This document shows positions 60,879 through 64,000 of a stretch of 64,000 nucleotides of DNA, piece after piece. Source of the DNA: Mobula hypostoma (Eukaryota); contig NC_086121.1 of NCBI RefSeq assembly GCF_963921235.1, positions 26,784,001-26,848,000 on the forward strand, given 5' to 3'. Within the stretch, counting starts at the first letter, position 1, and each line of letters opens with the position of its first letter. The notes beneath the pieces were generated by a model. That model saw only the letters and a program-made list of their open reading frames with translations. It had not been told where the DNA came from and made no database searches. The position numbers were made by a program, and so were the translations under genes.

Positions 60879-61199
60879 TTTTGTTTACACTTTGACAGAG
60901 GTTTGACTTCTGTCAAAATATATAAGGAATGAAAAATGCCTTCTCTTGTAGAAATCCTACCCAAACTTACCCTGTTCAAATTGCAATCAGTTGTAGTTGT
61001 TTTGCATCTGCTATTATCAGGAGGGGCCAAAATTATTTAATTCAGGTGCAAGCATCTGGCATAATTTGTACTCATATGCGTTTGATCGAAATTTCCTTTT
61101 AATTGAATGATGTTGCTAGAATTTGCATTACCATCACGTAATTCTATTCCTGCTGCATTTGATAAAGTCCCTTAAGAGACTGTTAGTCAGAGTTGAAAC

Positions 61200-62110
61200 T
61201 CATAGAATGGAAGGCAGCTTATTACCGAGTTAGGAATATGGCTGAGCAGTAGAAGAGAGAGGGCAGAGATAACAAGCAGGTACTGAAGCTGCCAGACTGT
61301 TGCTATTCGTATCCCACAAGGATATGTGGACTGCAACTCTTCACTTTTTGTTATTAACTTACATATTAAGATAGAGAGCCACAAGTTCAAGCTTTCCAAT
61401 AGCATTAAGGTCAAAGGCAATGTAGATGGAAGCACTAAAATATGAAGAGATATTAATTGATTAAGCAATTGGGAAGAGAACTATTGTAAATGCGAGATCG
61501 TACACTCGGGACCTAAAATGAACAGAACAGATTTCATTTTTAATGGTAAAATCTAGCAGAGTAAGTCCAAAGAGATTTGAGGATTCGTGTATAAAGATCA
61601 TTAAAATGTAGTGAATCTAATCAAAAGGCCAAGGGAATGTTGGCCTCTGTAACAGAAGCCTCAAATCCAAGTGGGTGAATTAAAGAGCAGCCATATAAGA
61701 TTCCTGTACTTTGGAAAGATGAACAGGCTACAGAGCCAGTGCAGATTCGCTAGAAGGATAGCTGGACTCAGGGTTAAATTATGGACAGAGGTCTGACAAA
61801 GAATTTAGATGGTTAATGGTAAATAGATCAAAGCTAAAAGGAGGAACTAAAAGGGTAAATGAGATTGATTTGCGATGGTAAGACTTGGGGCAGGAAAGAG
61901 GGAGAGTCACAATCTGAAAATTATAGCCAAGCTTTTCAGGAGGAGAATGGGATGAATTTCTACTCTATTTATTTGGAACTCTTCCCCACAAACAACAATA
62001 ATCATTCGGCCAATGAACAGTTTTACGCCTGGATCCAGCAGTTTACTCACAAAGGTATGAAGGAGTTAGGAGTTAGATGAGCTGAAATCCTTCTGAACGG
62101 CAGAATACAC
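61200..62110 (+). mobile_element. Ancient CR1 LINE remnant
   Basis: Highly decayed RT to 3' motifs (ggaatatggctgagcagtagaagagag...ccacaagg; aaaaggccaagggaatgttggcc). Confidence 0.45.
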
Positions 62111-62829
62111 TCAAGGGACCTTACATTCTAATATTGGCCACCCTAGTTGCTTGAAAAAAGCACGATAGCTTCTTCTTAACTGCTTGACACAATGGAGGCT
62201 TCCTCACTAAATACCACTGTGCATGTCTATTTGCCTCTGGGTGTACATGTGCCATACAAATGGCATACCCAGAAACAATCTTATGGGTCGAGCAAACATT
62301 TCTCCGTACAGTGCGCAGTCTGCAAATGAATTTCTGGCCCCCTGTACTTCAGATCTTGAAGCAGACCTCTCAGCAGTCAGCCATTTACCTCAGCTACCCT
62401 GCATGACTGAGAGGCCCACGTTCTCATCACTCCCTGGGTGAAGATGTTGTTCATGAGTTACCCATTGGATTTACTTGTGACCATCTGATATTTATACACC
62501 ACCCCCTCCACAGTTTGGCGATTATCAAGGAGGGGGAGGAACTAGGAAAGATGGTGCCCGAGATTTTTGTAAACCTAGACAACTTCTTCTAGATCATCTA
62601 CAAAACAGCTTATTCTTCCTTTCTTATGTCTTACTTTTCTTTTCAAGGTGGCTGGGATTCGGTTAGAGCCCATGATCTACAGTTCAAACTGTGGTTCTCA
62701 GCAAGAGGTGAAGAAGTGCACCTTGGGCGGGGGGGGGTGTGGCCCTGTGGACAACTGGATTCCTTGCTGATCTTGCCCCCCAAAGCGTCGTGGGACACTG
62801 GAACATCGCGACAGCGGGCGGTGTGCGCC

Positions 62830-63900
62830 CCACCTGGACAAGCCAGCGAGCACTGTGAGGATCATGTTTTTTGACTTCTCCAGTGCATTCAACACCATCC
62901 GCCCTGCTCTGCTGGGGGAGAAGCTGACAGCGATGCAGGTGGATGCTTCCCTGGTATCATGGATTCTTGATTACCTGACTGGCAGACCACAGTACGTGTG
63001 CTTGCAACACTGTGTGTCCGACAGAGTGATCAGCAGCACTGGGGCTCCACAGGGGACTGTCTTGTCTCCCTTTCTCTTCACCATTTACACCTCGGACTTC
63101 AACTACTGCACAGAGTCTTTCCATCTTCAGAAGTTTTCTGATGACTCTGCCATAGTTGGATGCATCAGCAAGGGAGATGAGGCTGAGTACAGGGCTACGG
63201 TAGGAAACTTTGTCACATGGTCTGAGCAGAATTATCTGCAGCTTAATGTGAAAAAGACTAAGGAGCTGGTGGTAGACCTGAGGAGGGCTAAGGCACCGGT
63301 GACCCCTGTTTCCATCCAGGGGGTCAGTGTGGACATGGTGGAGGATTACAAATACCTGGGGATACGAATTAACAATAAACTGGACTGGTCAAAGAGCACT
63401 GAGGCTGTCTACAGAAGGGTCAGAGCCGTCTCTATTTCCTGAGGAGACTGAGGTCCTTTAACATCTGTCGGCGATGCTGAGGATGTTCTACGAGTCTGTA
63501 GTGGCCAGTGCGATCATGTTTGCTGTTGTGTGCCGGGGCAGCAGGCTGAGGGTAGCAGACACCAACAGGATCAACAAACTCATTCGTAAGGCCAGTGATG
63601 TTGTGGGGATGGAACTGGACTCTCTGACGGTGGTGTCTGAAAAGAGGATGCTGTCTAAGTTGCATCCATCTTGGACAATGTCTCCCAACCACTACATAAT
63701 GTACTGGTTGGGCACAGGAGTACATTCACCCAGAGACTCATTCCACCGAGATGCAACACAGAGCGTCATAGGAAGTCATTCCTGCCTGTGGCCATCAAAC
63801 TTTACAACTCCTCCCTTAGAGGGTCAGACACCCTGAGCCATTAGGCTGGCATAATTTACATATTATTATTTAATTATTTATGGTTTTATATTGCTATAAT
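62830..63900 (+). mobile_element. Rex1/Babar-type LINE, second subfamily, young and 5'-truncated
   Basis: 195-aa open RT segment (RIMFFDFSSAFNTI...GAPQGTVLSPFLF...KFSDDSAIVG...YKYLG) with frameshifts near 63415 and 63665. Confidence 0.9.
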
Positions 63901-64000
63901 TATACTCTGTTTGTGCATGGGAGGTGGGAAAGGCGGGGATTTGGGGTTCCCATATTACCATCATTCATTCTTTGGGGTTTCTTGTTTCATGTATGTCTCT

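Noticed and set aside
62855-63836. Functional or domesticated reverse transcriptase gene
   Set aside because: 5'-truncated and frameshifted; an ordinary LINE copy.

Overview
Vertebrate genomic DNA. The repeat content (V-SINE/HE1-like SINEs, Rex1/Babar, CR1 and RTE LINE remnants, abundant Penelope-like elements) suggests a cartilaginous fish, probably a ray; this is inference. The only host coding sequence I recognise is one 181-nt minus-strand exon of kazrin (KAZN) at 30303-30123 (AKILTTMEDNKQLAAKIDVAVQSASREVSSLRAELTATNRRLAELS...), lying in a CpG-rich island. The rest of the window is most simply very long KAZN intron filled with transposon debris. The most striking non-coding signal is a family of at least 12 Penelope-like-element (PLE) derived insertions. 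Several carry a minimal type I hammerhead ribozyme (AGUC-CUGANGA-A-GGGUCUCGGCCC-GAAA-C-GUC^GACU). They occur as short solo units, as inverted MITE-like pairs and as GIY-YIG-bearing fragments, many with 8-14 bp target-site duplications. Other notable items: a hAT transposon nested in a PLE, a Gypsy element with a microhomology deletion, a degenerate ~33-bp minisatellite with an inverted sub-array, a 480-bp tandem dimer, an overlapping uORF at the KAZN start, and a speculative Cys-rich alternative KAZN first exon. Repeat boundaries and family names were assigned by eye and are approximate unless a TSD is quoted.
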